From: Flavobacterium sp.
GTDB taxonomy: Bacteria > Bacteroidota > Bacteroidia > Flavobacteriales > Flavobacteriaceae
Direction: 5' to 3'
Assembly (NCBI RefSeq): GCF_027531905.1
Contig: NZ_JAPZSU010000014.1
Location: 24,881 to 88,880 of the forward strand
DNA: 64,000 nt
A program made the translations under genes and the position numbers. The notes under the pieces were generated by a model. That model saw nothing but the letters and a program-made list of their open reading frames with translations, had not been told where the DNA came from and made no database searches. Below are positions 55,120 through 64,000 of this stretch, one piece after another. Position 1 is the stretch's first letter. Each line of letters begins with the position of its first letter.

Positions 55120-56757
55120 TTATTTCTTTTCGATTTCGCGCATACTGTCCATTTTCTTATGAGCAAGGAAACCTTTGATGTCTTCAAAATGTTCTACTAC
55201 ACGTTTATTTCCAAATTCAAAAACTTTTGTAGCTAATCCGTCAAGGAAATCCCTGTCGTGCGAAACTAGAATTAAAGTTCCATCAAAATCACGCAACGCA
55301 TCTTTAATAATATCTTTAGTTTTCATATCCAAGTGATTGGACGGCTCATCCAGAATCAAAAGATTTACAGGTTCTAATAACAATTTAATCATGGCCAAAC
55401 GCGTTTTTTCTCCCCCAGAAAGCACTTTTACTTTCTTTTGAATATCATCTCCTTGAAACATAAACGCGCCAAGAATATTTTTTATTTGCGTTCGAACATC
55501 ACCCACCGCAATTCTATCAATCGTTTCAAATATGGTGGCGTTTTCATCTAACATTGCGGCTTGATTTTGAGCAAAATAACCAATTTGAGCATTGTGTCCA
55601 ACTTCTACAGAACCCCCATTAATTTCAATTTCTTTCATAATGGCTTTAATCATCGTAGATTTACCTTCACCATTTTTACCTACGAAGGCCACTTTTTGTC
55701 CACGCTCAATTACTAAATTGGCATCTTTAAAAATCAACTTATCGCCATAGGATTTTTCCAAATCTTTAACAATAACTGGATATTGTCCCGAACGAACCGA
55801 CGGTGGAAATTTCAATCGTAAAGCCGAGGTATCAATTTCATCTACTTCAATTGGAACAATTTTTTCTAACATTCTCACACGAGATTGCACGGCATCGGTT
55901 TTAGAAAAAGTACCTCGAAAACGCTCAATGAATGCCTGATTATCTGCAATAAACTTTTGTTGCTCATCGTATGCTTTTTGCTGGTGAACACGTCTTTCTT
56001 TTCGCAATTCTAAATAGTGAGAATATTTGGCTTTGTAGTCGTAAATTCTACCCATTGTCACTTCGATAGTTCGGTTTGTAATATTATCTACAAAAGCTCT
56101 ATCGTGAGAAATTACCATTACCGCTTTGGCTTGATTAATTAAAAAGTCTTCCAACCATTCGATACTATCCATATCCAAGTGATTAGTTGGCTCATCAAGT
56201 AGAATCAAATCAGGTTTTGTTAAAAGGATTTTGGCCAATTCAATTCTCATTCTCCAACCACCAGAAAACTCTTTCGTTGGACGATTGAAATCTTCTCTTT
56301 CAAAACCTAAACCTTTTAATATTTTTTCAACTTCAGCTTCATAATTAACCTCTTCGATAGAATAATATTTTTCTGAAAGTTCTGAAACTCTTTCAATCAA
56401 CTTCATATACTCATCACTTTCATAATCAGTACGAATCGTTAATTGTTCATTGATTTCGTCAATTTCTTTTTTCATATTCAAAACACCCGCAAAAGCTTTG
56501 GATGTCTCTTCCATAACAGTACAGTTATCTTCCGTCAATAAATGTTGTGGCAAATAAGCTACCACCGCATCACTTGGAGCTGAAATCACACCACGAGTAG
56601 GTTTGTTTGCACCAGCAACTATCTTTAACAAAGTAGATTTTCCCGCTCCATTTTTACCCATAAGGGCAATTTTATCAGTTTCATTGATAGCAAAGGTAAC
56701 TTCACTAAATAGCGTTGTGCCACCAAATTCAACCGCAATATCGTTTACTGTAATCAT
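55120..56757 (-). CDS. ABC-F family ATPase (no TM; ribosome-associated)
   Basis: Two NBDs (GKNGAGKST, FSGGWRMR, LLDEPTNHLD; GKNGEGKST, LSGGEK); -7 TATCTTTG at 56825-56832. Confidence 0.93.
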   Translation of the reverse strand: MITVNDIAVEFGGTTLFSEVTFAINETDKIALMGKNGAGKSTLLKIVAGANKPTRGVISAPSDAVVAYLPQHLLTEDNCTVMEETSKAFAGVLNMKKEIDEINEQLTIRTDYESDEYMKLIERVSELSEKYYSIEEVNYEAEVEKILKGLGFEREDFNRPTKEFSGGWRMRIELAKILLTKPDLILLDEPTNHLDMDSIEWLEDFLINQAKAVMVISHDRAFVDNITNRTIEVTMGRIYDYKAKYSHYLELRKERRVHQQKAYDEQQKFIADNQAFIERFRGTFSKTDAVQSRVRMLEKIVPIEVDEIDTSALRLKFPPSVRSGQYPVIVKDLEKSYGDKLIFKDANLVIERGQKVAFVGKNGEGKSTMIKAIMKEIEINGGSVEVGHNAQIGYFAQNQAAMLDENATIFETIDRIAVGDVRTQIKNILGAFMFQGDDIQKKVKVLSGGEKTRLAMIKLLLEPVNLLILDEPSNHLDMKTKDIIKDALRDFDGTLILVSHDRDFLDGLATKVFEFGNKRVVEHFEDIKGFLAHKKMDSMREIEKK

Positions 56758-56931
56758 TTAATTTAAAAATAAAAGGTTAGAGGTTAAAAATCAGATGATT
56801 TCGAACGCCAAAATTTTGAAGGTGCAAAGATAGTTTAAATAAAGAATTGCGCAATTGGTAACCCCATTAACTGCAAAAAAAATGCCTCTCCAAAACGAAG
56901 AGGCATTTTCTATAAATAACTGAAAAACCAA

Positions 56932-58107
56932 TTATTCTTTGCGATACTTTTTAGTTACTTCAAAAACATGCTCTAAAATTGCTGCTTCCTTTTCGTCAAA
57001 AACAATATTTCTTCGAGACATTACCAAACGTGCTGTTTCAAAAGCTTTTTTTGTTAAGTAAGTAGTAAATCCTGAAGCACCTCCCCATGAAAAACTGGGT
57101 ACAAAATTTCTCGGAAAACCACTGCCAAAAATATTAGCACTCACTCCTACTACAGTTCCGGTATTGAACATGGTATTGATGCCACATTTACTATGGTCGC
57201 CCATCATTAAACCGCAAAACTGAAGCCCTGTTTTCGCAAAACCTTCTGTTTCATAGCTCCACAAACGCACTTCTTCATAGTTATTTTTAAGATTCGAATT
57301 GTTACTATCAGCACCAATATTACACCATTCACCCAAAACAGAGTCACCTAAAAATCCATCATGCCCTTTATTAGAATTAGCAAACAAAACAGAGTTTTTA
57401 ACCTCACCTCCTATCCTAGATGCAGGCCCTACTGTTGTTGCACCATAGACTTTTGCTCCCATTTTAACTTGAGCTTTTTCGCACAAAGCAAAGGGACCGC
57501 GAATTATGGATCCTTCCATGATCTCAGCATCTTTACCAATATAAATTGGCCCTGAGGAAGCATTTAAAGTAACATATTCCAACTTAGCACCTTCCTCAAT
57601 AAATACATTTTCAGGAGCAATTACGTTGACACTCTTAGGAATTGGTTGTGATTTCCTGCCTTGTGTTATCAATTCAAAATCTTCTCTAATGGCAGCATCA
57701 TTTTTAGAAAAAATATCCCACGTGTTTTCAATAGTAATACAATCGTCGTTGTATTCTATAATTTCATAAGTATCGAAATTAACTTCATCTTGATTGTCAG
57801 AAGTATAAAATGCAATGATTTCGTCTTTTTTGAAAATAGCTTGATTGGGCTCTAAATTACTCACCAATTCTACCAAAATTTCATTCGGCAAAAAAGAAGC
57901 ATTGATCATAACATTGCCTTCTAATTCCACCATTGGGTATTTATCAGACAAATATTCTTCGGTTAAAGTAGTGGTAGTCGACCCGAGATATAATTCCCAT
58001 TTTTGGCGAATGGTCATGATTCCCACCAAAATATCAGCAACGGGACGAGTAAAGGTAAACGGCAACAAAGCATTTCGAGCGGGACCGTCAAAAAGAATGT
58101 AATTCAT
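56932..58107 (-). CDS. GlmU-family putative sugar nucleotidyltransferase/acetyltransferase
   Basis: LLPFTFTRPVADI.VGI.TI..KW; left-handed beta-helix; HDGFLGDSVLGEWCNIGA. Confidence 0.85.
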   Translation of the reverse strand: MNYILFDGPARNALLPFTFTRPVADILVGIMTIRQKWELYLGSTTTTLTEEYLSDKYPMVELEGNVMINASFLPNEILVELVSNLEPNQAIFKKDEIIAFYTSDNQDEVNFDTYEIIEYNDDCITIENTWDIFSKNDAAIREDFELITQGRKSQPIPKSVNVIAPENVFIEEGAKLEYVTLNASSGPIYIGKDAEIMEGSIIRGPFALCEKAQVKMGAKVYGATTVGPASRIGGEVKNSVLFANSNKGHDGFLGDSVLGEWCNIGADSNNSNLKNNYEEVRLWSYETEGFAKTGLQFCGLMMGDHSKCGINTMFNTGTVVGVSANIFGSGFPRNFVPSFSWGGASGFTTYLTKKAFETARLVMSRRNIVFDEKEAAILEHVFEVTKKYRKE

Positions 58108-58259
58108 AAAAAAATTGATTTGGCTATTGTTTCTTTTTCGATTTGGTTATCACGGACAAAGTTAATTCATTTTCTGGTATAAATTCTATGCAAACAAGGC
58201 GCAAATAAAAAAGCCTCTCTAAAAAGAAAGGCTTCATTGTATTTAAAAACGAGTTAAAA

Positions 58260-58511
58260 TTACTTAACGTGTTTTGCGTATTTAGTTTTGAATTTATCAA
58301 TACGTCCTGCAGTATCGATAAGTTTAGATTTACCTGTGTAAAAAGGGTGAGAAGTTCTAGAGATCTCCATTTTTACTACTGGATACTCAACGCCTTCGTG
58401 AATAATTGTTTCTTTAGTTTCAGCTGTAGATTTAGTAATAAAAACATCGTCATTTGACATGTCTTTGAAAGCAACTAATCTGTAATTCTCTGGGTGAATA
58501 CCTTTTTTCAT
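58260..58511 (-). CDS. rpmE2: 50S ribosomal protein L31 type B (Zn-independent)
   Basis: [30 protein letters not shown]...DTAGRIDKF; no CxxC. Confidence 0.95.
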   Translation of the reverse strand: MKKGIHPENYRLVAFKDMSNDDVFITKSTAETKETIIHEGVEYPVVKMEISRTSHPFYTGKSKLIDTAGRIDKFKTKYAKHVK

Positions 58512-58751
58512 CTTAAATCTTTTTTTATTAGTTCAATTATAATTTGTTTTGCAGCTTTTCTTCTGAGTGAAAAGGTATAAACATCTTATAACTTTTTATT
58601 TACACTATTATTTTTGAGTGTGCAAATTTACACTTATTTTTAGAATTACAAACCTTTACTTTGTTTTTTTTAGCTTTTCCTTCAAAACATTTTTTAGCCT
58701 CCATAAAAGCAGAATTGCTATATTTGTGGACTAATTAAAAAACCAACCACC

Positions 58752-59285
58752 ATGATCAACGAAATTATTAAAAAAAACGGAATTACTTTTGGGATAATAA
58801 GCGGCATTATCTCTTGTTTAATTACTGCAACTATCTATGCTATTGATTTGAATTTATTCCTTAAATCATGGATTACTATAATAACAATCACAACCTCAAT
58901 TATTCTTTCAATAGTCTTACTATCTAAAACAAAAAAAGAAATTCAAACCGATTTTTCCTTCAAAGATGCATTTACCACTTATTTCATCTATGCAGTTGTT
59001 GGTGTATTAATTTCAACATTATTCAACATAGTACTATGGAATTTTATAGATCCTTCAGCAAAGGAAACTTTGAACGAACTCTTCATAAAATATACTGCTT
59101 CAATAATGCAAAAATTTGGAGCTCCTTCCTCTTCAATTAATGAAGCTATTAAAGGAATGAAAGAAAGCAGTCCTTACGATATCGATTCATTATTAAAAGG
59201 AATGATAACAAGCATAGTTTTCAGTTCAATCTTTGGACTAATTATGGCTGCCTTTTTCAAAACAAGAAAAACACATCAAGAATAA
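58752..59285 (+). CDS. DUF4199 family membrane protein
   Basis: 4 TM; FSFKDAF..., NFIDP motifs; -7 TATATTTG at 58719-58726. Confidence 0.8.
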   Translation: MINEIIKKNGITFGIISGIISCLITATIYAIDLNLFLKSWITIITITTSIILSIVLLSKTKKEIQTDFSFKDAFTTYFIYAVVGVLISTLFNIVLWNFIDPSAKETLNELFIKYTASIMQKFGAPSSSINEAIKGMKESSPYDIDSLLKGMITSIVFSSIFGLIMAAFFKTRKTHQE

Positions 59286-59294
59286 AACAATTAA

Positions 59295-60251
59295 ATGAAT
59301 TTATCTATCTTAATACCACTTCTTAACGAAGAGGAATCCTTACAAGAATTGTACACTTGGATTCTAAAAGTGATGCAATCTAATAATTACTCCTATGAAA
59401 TCCTTTTTTTGGATGACGGAAGTACCGACAATTCTTGGTCCATTATTGAAAATTTTGCCGCTACAAATCCCTTTGTAAAAGGGATTCGTTTTATGAAAAA
59501 CTTTGGCAAATCGCAAGCGTTACATGCTGGATTTGCTCAAGCCAAAGGTGACGTAATCATCACGATGGATGCCGATTTACAAGATAGCCCTGACGAAATT
59601 CCAGGATTATACAATATGATTACCGAACAAAAATATGACTTGGTTTCGGGTTGGAAAAAGAAACGCTACGACTCGGTTGTAGCCAAAAATCTTCCTTCCA
59701 AATTATTCAATTGGGCGGCGAGAAAAACTTCAGGTGTTGAACTGAACGATTTCAACTGCGGATTAAAAGCCTATAAAAATGTAGTAGTCAAAAACATTGA
59801 GGTTTCTGGCGAAATGCACCGTTATATTCCAGTTTTGGCTAAAAATGCTGGTTTTGGAAAAATTGGAGAAAAAGTAGTACAACATCAAGCTAGAAAATAC
59901 GGAGAAACCAAATTTGGAATGGACCGTTTCATTAATGGATTCTTAGATTTGATTACCATTTGGTTTTTGTCGCGTTTTGGCAAAAGACCGATGCATCTTT
60001 TTGGCGCTATTGGCTCTTTAATGTTTATTATCGGATTTTTTGCAGCTGCTTATATTGGTGTTTCAAAACTGTATCATATGTATAACGACATGAAGTACAC
60101 TTTGGTTACCAATAATCCTTGGTTTTATATTGCCTTAACCACAATGGTTTTGGGTACTCAACTATTTTTGGCTGGTTTTCTTGGGGAAATTATCCTAAGA
60201 ACCAAAAACAATGAAGCGCGATACAAAATTGCCAATCAAATCAATTTATAA
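59295..60251 (+). CDS. GT2 glycosyltransferase (ArnC/DPM1-like) with C-terminal TM helices
   Basis: IPLLNEEESL, DDGSTD, NFGKSQAL, TMDADLQD.P.EI, NDFNCGLKAY, GEMHRYIP. Confidence 0.93.
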   Translation: MNLSILIPLLNEEESLQELYTWILKVMQSNNYSYEILFLDDGSTDNSWSIIENFAATNPFVKGIRFMKNFGKSQALHAGFAQAKGDVIITMDADLQDSPDEIPGLYNMITEQKYDLVSGWKKKRYDSVVAKNLPSKLFNWAARKTSGVELNDFNCGLKAYKNVVVKNIEVSGEMHRYIPVLAKNAGFGKIGEKVVQHQARKYGETKFGMDRFINGFLDLITIWFLSRFGKRPMHLFGAIGSLMFIIGFFAAAYIGVSKLYHMYNDMKYTLVTNNPWFYIALTTMVLGTQLFLAGFLGEIILRTKNNEARYKIANQINL

Positions 60252-60306
60252 AGTCATTCAAATACACTTTAAAACAATTTATTGTTTCATATAACATCAC
60301 TATAAA

Positions 60307-62034
60307 ATGCACATTCCTCAAAATATCCTAGACGCACTAAATGTTTGGCTTACCCCAACCTTTGACTCCGCTACACAAGACGCTGTAAGAGAACTTATGA
60401 CTACTGCTCCAAAAGATTTAGAAGAAAGTTTTTATAAAAATTTAGAATTTGGAACAGGAGGAATGCGCGGCGTAATGGGCGTTGGTGACAACCGAATCAA
60501 CAAATACACTTTAGGAAAAAGCACCCAAGGTCTATCTAATTACTTAAAAAGCGTTTTTCCTGGCGAGCCAATAAAGGCTGCCATTGCTTTTGACTGTCGT
60601 CACAATAGTAAAACCCTAGCAAAAATCGTAGCCGATGTATTTTCAGCTAACGGTATTGAGGTGTTTCTTTTTTCTGACTTACGACCTACACCGGAATTAT
60701 CTTTTGCCCTAAAACATTTGAACTGTCATTGTGGAATCGTACTCACTGCATCTCACAATCCTCCAGAATACAACGGGTACAAAGTATATTGGCAAGATGG
60801 CGGACAAATCGTTCCTCCACAAGATGGCGCCATCATCAAGGTGATTGAAAATTTAAAATACGATGAAATTAATTTCACCGCCAACGAAGATTTGATTCAT
60901 TATATAGACACTGAGTTAGACCAAGCCTTCATTCAATCCTCTATTGAAAATGCTAGTTTTAACACTCCAGCAACTGCTAAAGAGAATTTAAACATTGTGT
61001 TTACTTCTTTGCACGGAACATCAATCACGATCATCCCAGAAACCTTAAGCAAAGCAGGCTATACTAATGTTAATATAGTTGAAGAACAAGCAGTTCCCAA
61101 CGGAGATTTTCCAACGGTAAAATCACCCAACCCAGAAGAACCAGAAGCGCTAACAATGGCATTGGCATTAGCTGACAAAACAAATGCAGATATCGTAGTA
61201 GGTACAGATCCTGATTGTGATCGTCTTGGTGTTGCCGTGCGAAATAACGATGGAAAAATGGTCTTGTTAAACGGAAATCAAACGATGATTTTGATGACCG
61301 CATTCTTATTAGAAAAATGGAAACAAGCTGGAAAAATTAACGGTAAACAATTTGTTGGGTCAACTATAGTTTCTACTCCAATGATGATGGAATTAGCCAC
61401 TGCTTATAACGTAGAATGCAAAGTGGGCTTGACAGGATTCAAATGGATTGCCAAAATGATCAAAGATTTCCCTGAACTACAATTCATTGGTGGTGGAGAA
61501 GAAAGTTTTGGTTTTATGGTAGGCGATGCCGTTAGAGATAAAGATGCCGTGGCTGCAACGCTTCTAATTTGTGAAGTGGCTGCACAAGCAAAAGCAAGCG
61601 GCAGCTCCGTTTACAAAGAGTTAATCAATCTTTATGTAGATCACGGTTTTTACAAAGAACATTTAGTTTCGCTAACCAAAAAAGGAATGGACGGTTTACA
61701 AGCCATTAATCAAATGATGATTGACTTGCGTGAAAATCCTGTAAAAGAAATCGACGGACAACGTGTAATCATGGTAGAAGATTATCAATCCTCTATCGCA
61801 AAAAATTTGTTGTCTGGAGAAGAATTGACTATGGATATTCCAAAATCTAATGTACTTATTTACTATACAGAAGATGGTTCGAAAATTTGTGCAAGACCAA
61901 GTGGCACCGAACCTAAAATCAAATTCTATATCAGTGTAAATACAACACTCGAAGCTGTGGAAGATTTTGTGGAAGTAGAACACATTTTAGATCAAAAAAT
62001 AAAAAATATTATTGCTGCAATGCAATTGAACTAA
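60307..62034 (+). CDS. pgm: Phospho-sugar mutase (phosphoglucomutase/phosphomannomutase)
   Basis: [14 protein letters not shown] phosphoserine loop, [19 protein letters not shown]. Confidence 0.93.
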   Translation: MHIPQNILDALNVWLTPTFDSATQDAVRELMTTAPKDLEESFYKNLEFGTGGMRGVMGVGDNRINKYTLGKSTQGLSNYLKSVFPGEPIKAAIAFDCRHNSKTLAKIVADVFSANGIEVFLFSDLRPTPELSFALKHLNCHCGIVLTASHNPPEYNGYKVYWQDGGQIVPPQDGAIIKVIENLKYDEINFTANEDLIHYIDTELDQAFIQSSIENASFNTPATAKENLNIVFTSLHGTSITIIPETLSKAGYTNVNIVEEQAVPNGDFPTVKSPNPEEPEALTMALALADKTNADIVVGTDPDCDRLGVAVRNNDGKMVLLNGNQTMILMTAFLLEKWKQAGKINGKQFVGSTIVSTPMMMELATAYNVECKVGLTGFKWIAKMIKDFPELQFIGGGEESFGFMVGDAVRDKDAVAATLLICEVAAQAKASGSSVYKELINLYVDHGFYKEHLVSLTKKGMDGLQAINQMMIDLRENPVKEIDGQRVIMVEDYQSSIAKNLLSGEELTMDIPKSNVLIYYTEDGSKICARPSGTEPKIKFYISVNTTLEAVEDFVEVEHILDQKIKNIIAAMQLN

Positions 62035-63863
62035 TGGATAAAAATTTAATAAAATTACTACCCTATACAAAAAAATACCAGTCAAACATTGTTTGGAATG
62101 TGACGTATAATATTTTGTATGCCCTATTTAGTACCATTTCAATGCTGACTTTATTACCAATGCTGGAAGTATTGTTTGGCAAAAACAAAGCAATTGAAAA
62201 AGCTCCAGTTTATGAAGGAATAGGAAATATAATGGCTTATGGAAAAAATCTATTGTATTATCAAATTTCAGAAATCACCAAAGATAGTGGTAAACAATTT
62301 GCTTTATTATTAGTAGTCGCTTTAGTAATTACTACATTTTTGTTGAAAAATGTTTTTAATTACCTAGCCTCATATCACATTATGCACCTTAAAAATGGAG
62401 TGTTAAAAGATTTGAGAAAAAAAATGTTTGACAAAATAATCGAATTACCAATCTCCTATTATTCTGAAAAAAGAAAAGGGGACGTGATGGCTAGAATGCT
62501 TGGAGACGTTAATGAAGTACAAAATTCTTTTTTTTCTATTTTAGAATTAGTTGTAAAAGAACCACTAACAATCGTTTTTGCATTAATAACCATGTTTGCT
62601 ATTAGTGCTAAACTAACCTTATTTGTTTTGGTTTTCATCCCTCTTTCTGGACTAATCATATCCAAAATTGGAAAAAACCTTAAGTCAAAATCTTTGAAAG
62701 TACAAAACGAAAACGGATTGCTAATTTCAATTGTTGAAGAAAGTCTAAGCGGTTTGAAAGTAGTGAAAAGCTATAACGCAGAAGCTAGTCTAAAAAACAA
62801 ATTCAACAATTCTATCACAAGATTACTCCATTTATCGAATAGCATAGGAAACAAAAACAACCTAGCCTCACCTTTGAGTGAATTCTTGGGTATTACTACT
62901 ATTGCTGTTTTACTTTGGTACGGAGGAAATTTAGTTTTGGTTGATGAAACGCTAGATGGTGCTTCTTTTATAGTTTATCTAACATTAGCCTACAACATTC
63001 TAACCCCTGCAAAAGCGATCTCTAAGGCATCATATTCTGTAAAAAATGGTTTAGCTGCAGCACAACGTGTTTTCGAAGTATTGGAAGTTGAAAATGAAAT
63101 CACTTCAAAAGAAAACGCTATACAAAAACAAACTTTTGAAAGCAGTATCGAAATTAAAAACATCAACTTTAAGTATGAAGATGAAAATGTTCTAAAAGAT
63201 TTTTCTTTAGAAGTAAAAAAAGGACAAACTGTTGCTCTCGTTGGACAATCCGGTAGTGGAAAAAGCACAATTGCCAATTTATTAACGCGCTTTTACGATG
63301 TGAATGAAGGAACAATTTCGATTGACAATCATAACATCAAAGATTTCGATTTGCATTCATTACGAAGCTTAATTGGGCTAGTTACCCAAGATAGTATTTT
63401 ATTTAATGACACTATTAAAGAAAATATAGCGCTTGGCAAACCCAACGCCACCGACGAAGAAATCATAGACGCTTTAAAAATTGCCAATGCCTATGAATTC
63501 GTATCTACGCTTCCAAACGGAATTTACACCAATATTGGCGACAGCGGAAACAAATTATCTGGCGGACAAAAACAACGTTTATCTATCGCCAGAGCGGTAT
63601 TGAAAAATCCGCCGATTATGATTTTGGATGAAGCCACATCGGCTTTGGATACCGAAAGCGAAAAATTCGTTCAAGTAGCACTCGAAAACATGATGCAAAA
63701 CAGAACGTCTATCGTTATTGCCCATCGCCTTTCTACCATTCAAAAAGCAGATAAGATTGTGGTGATGAAAAAAGGAAAAATTGTAGAGCAAGGCACGCAT
63801 GAAGAATTGATTGCGCTTGATGGCACTTATAACAAATTAGTAACCATGCAATCCCTTGAGTAG
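62034..63863 (+). CDS. Type I ABC exporter, TMD-NBD (MsbA-like)
   Basis: 6-TM TMD, GQSGSGKST, LSGGQKQR, ILDEATSALD. Confidence 0.93.
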   Translation: MDKNLIKLLPYTKKYQSNIVWNVTYNILYALFSTISMLTLLPMLEVLFGKNKAIEKAPVYEGIGNIMAYGKNLLYYQISEITKDSGKQFALLLVVALVITTFLLKNVFNYLASYHIMHLKNGVLKDLRKKMFDKIIELPISYYSEKRKGDVMARMLGDVNEVQNSFFSILELVVKEPLTIVFALITMFAISAKLTLFVLVFIPLSGLIISKIGKNLKSKSLKVQNENGLLISIVEESLSGLKVVKSYNAEASLKNKFNNSITRLLHLSNSIGNKNNLASPLSEFLGITTIAVLLWYGGNLVLVDETLDGASFIVYLTLAYNILTPAKAISKASYSVKNGLAAAQRVFEVLEVENEITSKENAIQKQTFESSIEIKNINFKYEDENVLKDFSLEVKKGQTVALVGQSGSGKSTIANLLTRFYDVNEGTISIDNHNIKDFDLHSLRSLIGLVTQDSILFNDTIKENIALGKPNATDEEIIDALKIANAYEFVSTLPNGIYTNIGDSGNKLSGGQKQRLSIARAVLKNPPIMILDEATSALDTESEKFVQVALENMMQNRTSIVIAHRLSTIQKADKIVVMKKGKIVEQGTHEELIALDGTYNKLVTMQSLE

Positions 63864-63916
63864 TCTCAAATTATTTGTATCTTTAAACTAGATTTTTTCT
63901 TTTTTAAATTTCACAA

Positions 63917-64000
63917 ATGTACTTAGACAACCTCAACATAAAATTACCCGAAGATCCTGAAACCATTGTCTGGAAATACCTAGACTTGTCTAAATTTTTA
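63917..64000 (+). CDS. 5' end of a hypothetical protein (DUF2971-like, WKYLDLSKF) running off the right edge
   Basis: Manual translation MYLDNLNIKLPEDPETIVWKYLDLSKFL. Confidence 0.55.
   Translation, partial: MYLDNLNIKLPEDPETIVWKYLDLSKFL

Noticed and set aside
1-64000. rRNA, tRNA, riboswitches (TPP, cobalamin, SAM-II), prophage or known anti-phage defence genes
   Set aside because: No recognisable consensus or protein motifs seen by eye; a cmscan/DefenseFinder run would be needed to exclude them formally.

Overview
Chromosomal window from a Flavobacterium-like member of the Bacteroidota. This assignment rests on TAnnTTTG -7 promoter elements, AT-rich starts without Shine-Dalgarno sequences, a 53-aa L34, a type-B L31 and a 950-aa CarB. 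No rRNA, tRNA, CRISPR array, transposase or integrase was seen. Housekeeping genes (mltG, dapF, htrA, gap, lrp/ald, carB, rpmH, rpmE2, pgm, ABC-F, MsbA-like ABC) are interleaved with four notable regions. (1) 8.8-10.6 kb: an AT-rich three-gene unit whose large lipoprotein gene has a (CA)11 microsatellite inside its signal-peptide coding region and appears to be frameshifted OFF. It is followed by two small membrane ORFs missing from the ORF track, and is bracketed by a Flavo-1-like structured element and a REP/REPIN cluster. (2) 14.4-23.2 kb and 31.9-37.6 kb: two converging arms of a putative light/photo-oxidative regulon (B12-type CarH, crtI/crtB/crtZ, three photolyase/cryptochrome paralogues, ABC1 kinase, TetR, DUF2256, TIGR03643, SDRs). 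Both arms carry an identically spaced TTGTTYA-N18-TAAACAA palindrome over their promoters. (3) 23.4-31.9 kb, between those arms: an accessory block with a rhuM remnant, a VOC/transglutaminase-like fusion and a copper cassette (P1B-ATPase, AraC, multicopper oxidase, DUF3347). The cassette is headed by an apparently leaderless Cys-rich ORF ending IWLPPK, a candidate metal-sensing arrest peptide. (4) 47-55 kb: envelope and transport genes (TolC-HlyD-ABC2 permease without an ATPase; porin plus DASS transporter). Family names come from motif recognition and memory; no database search was run.
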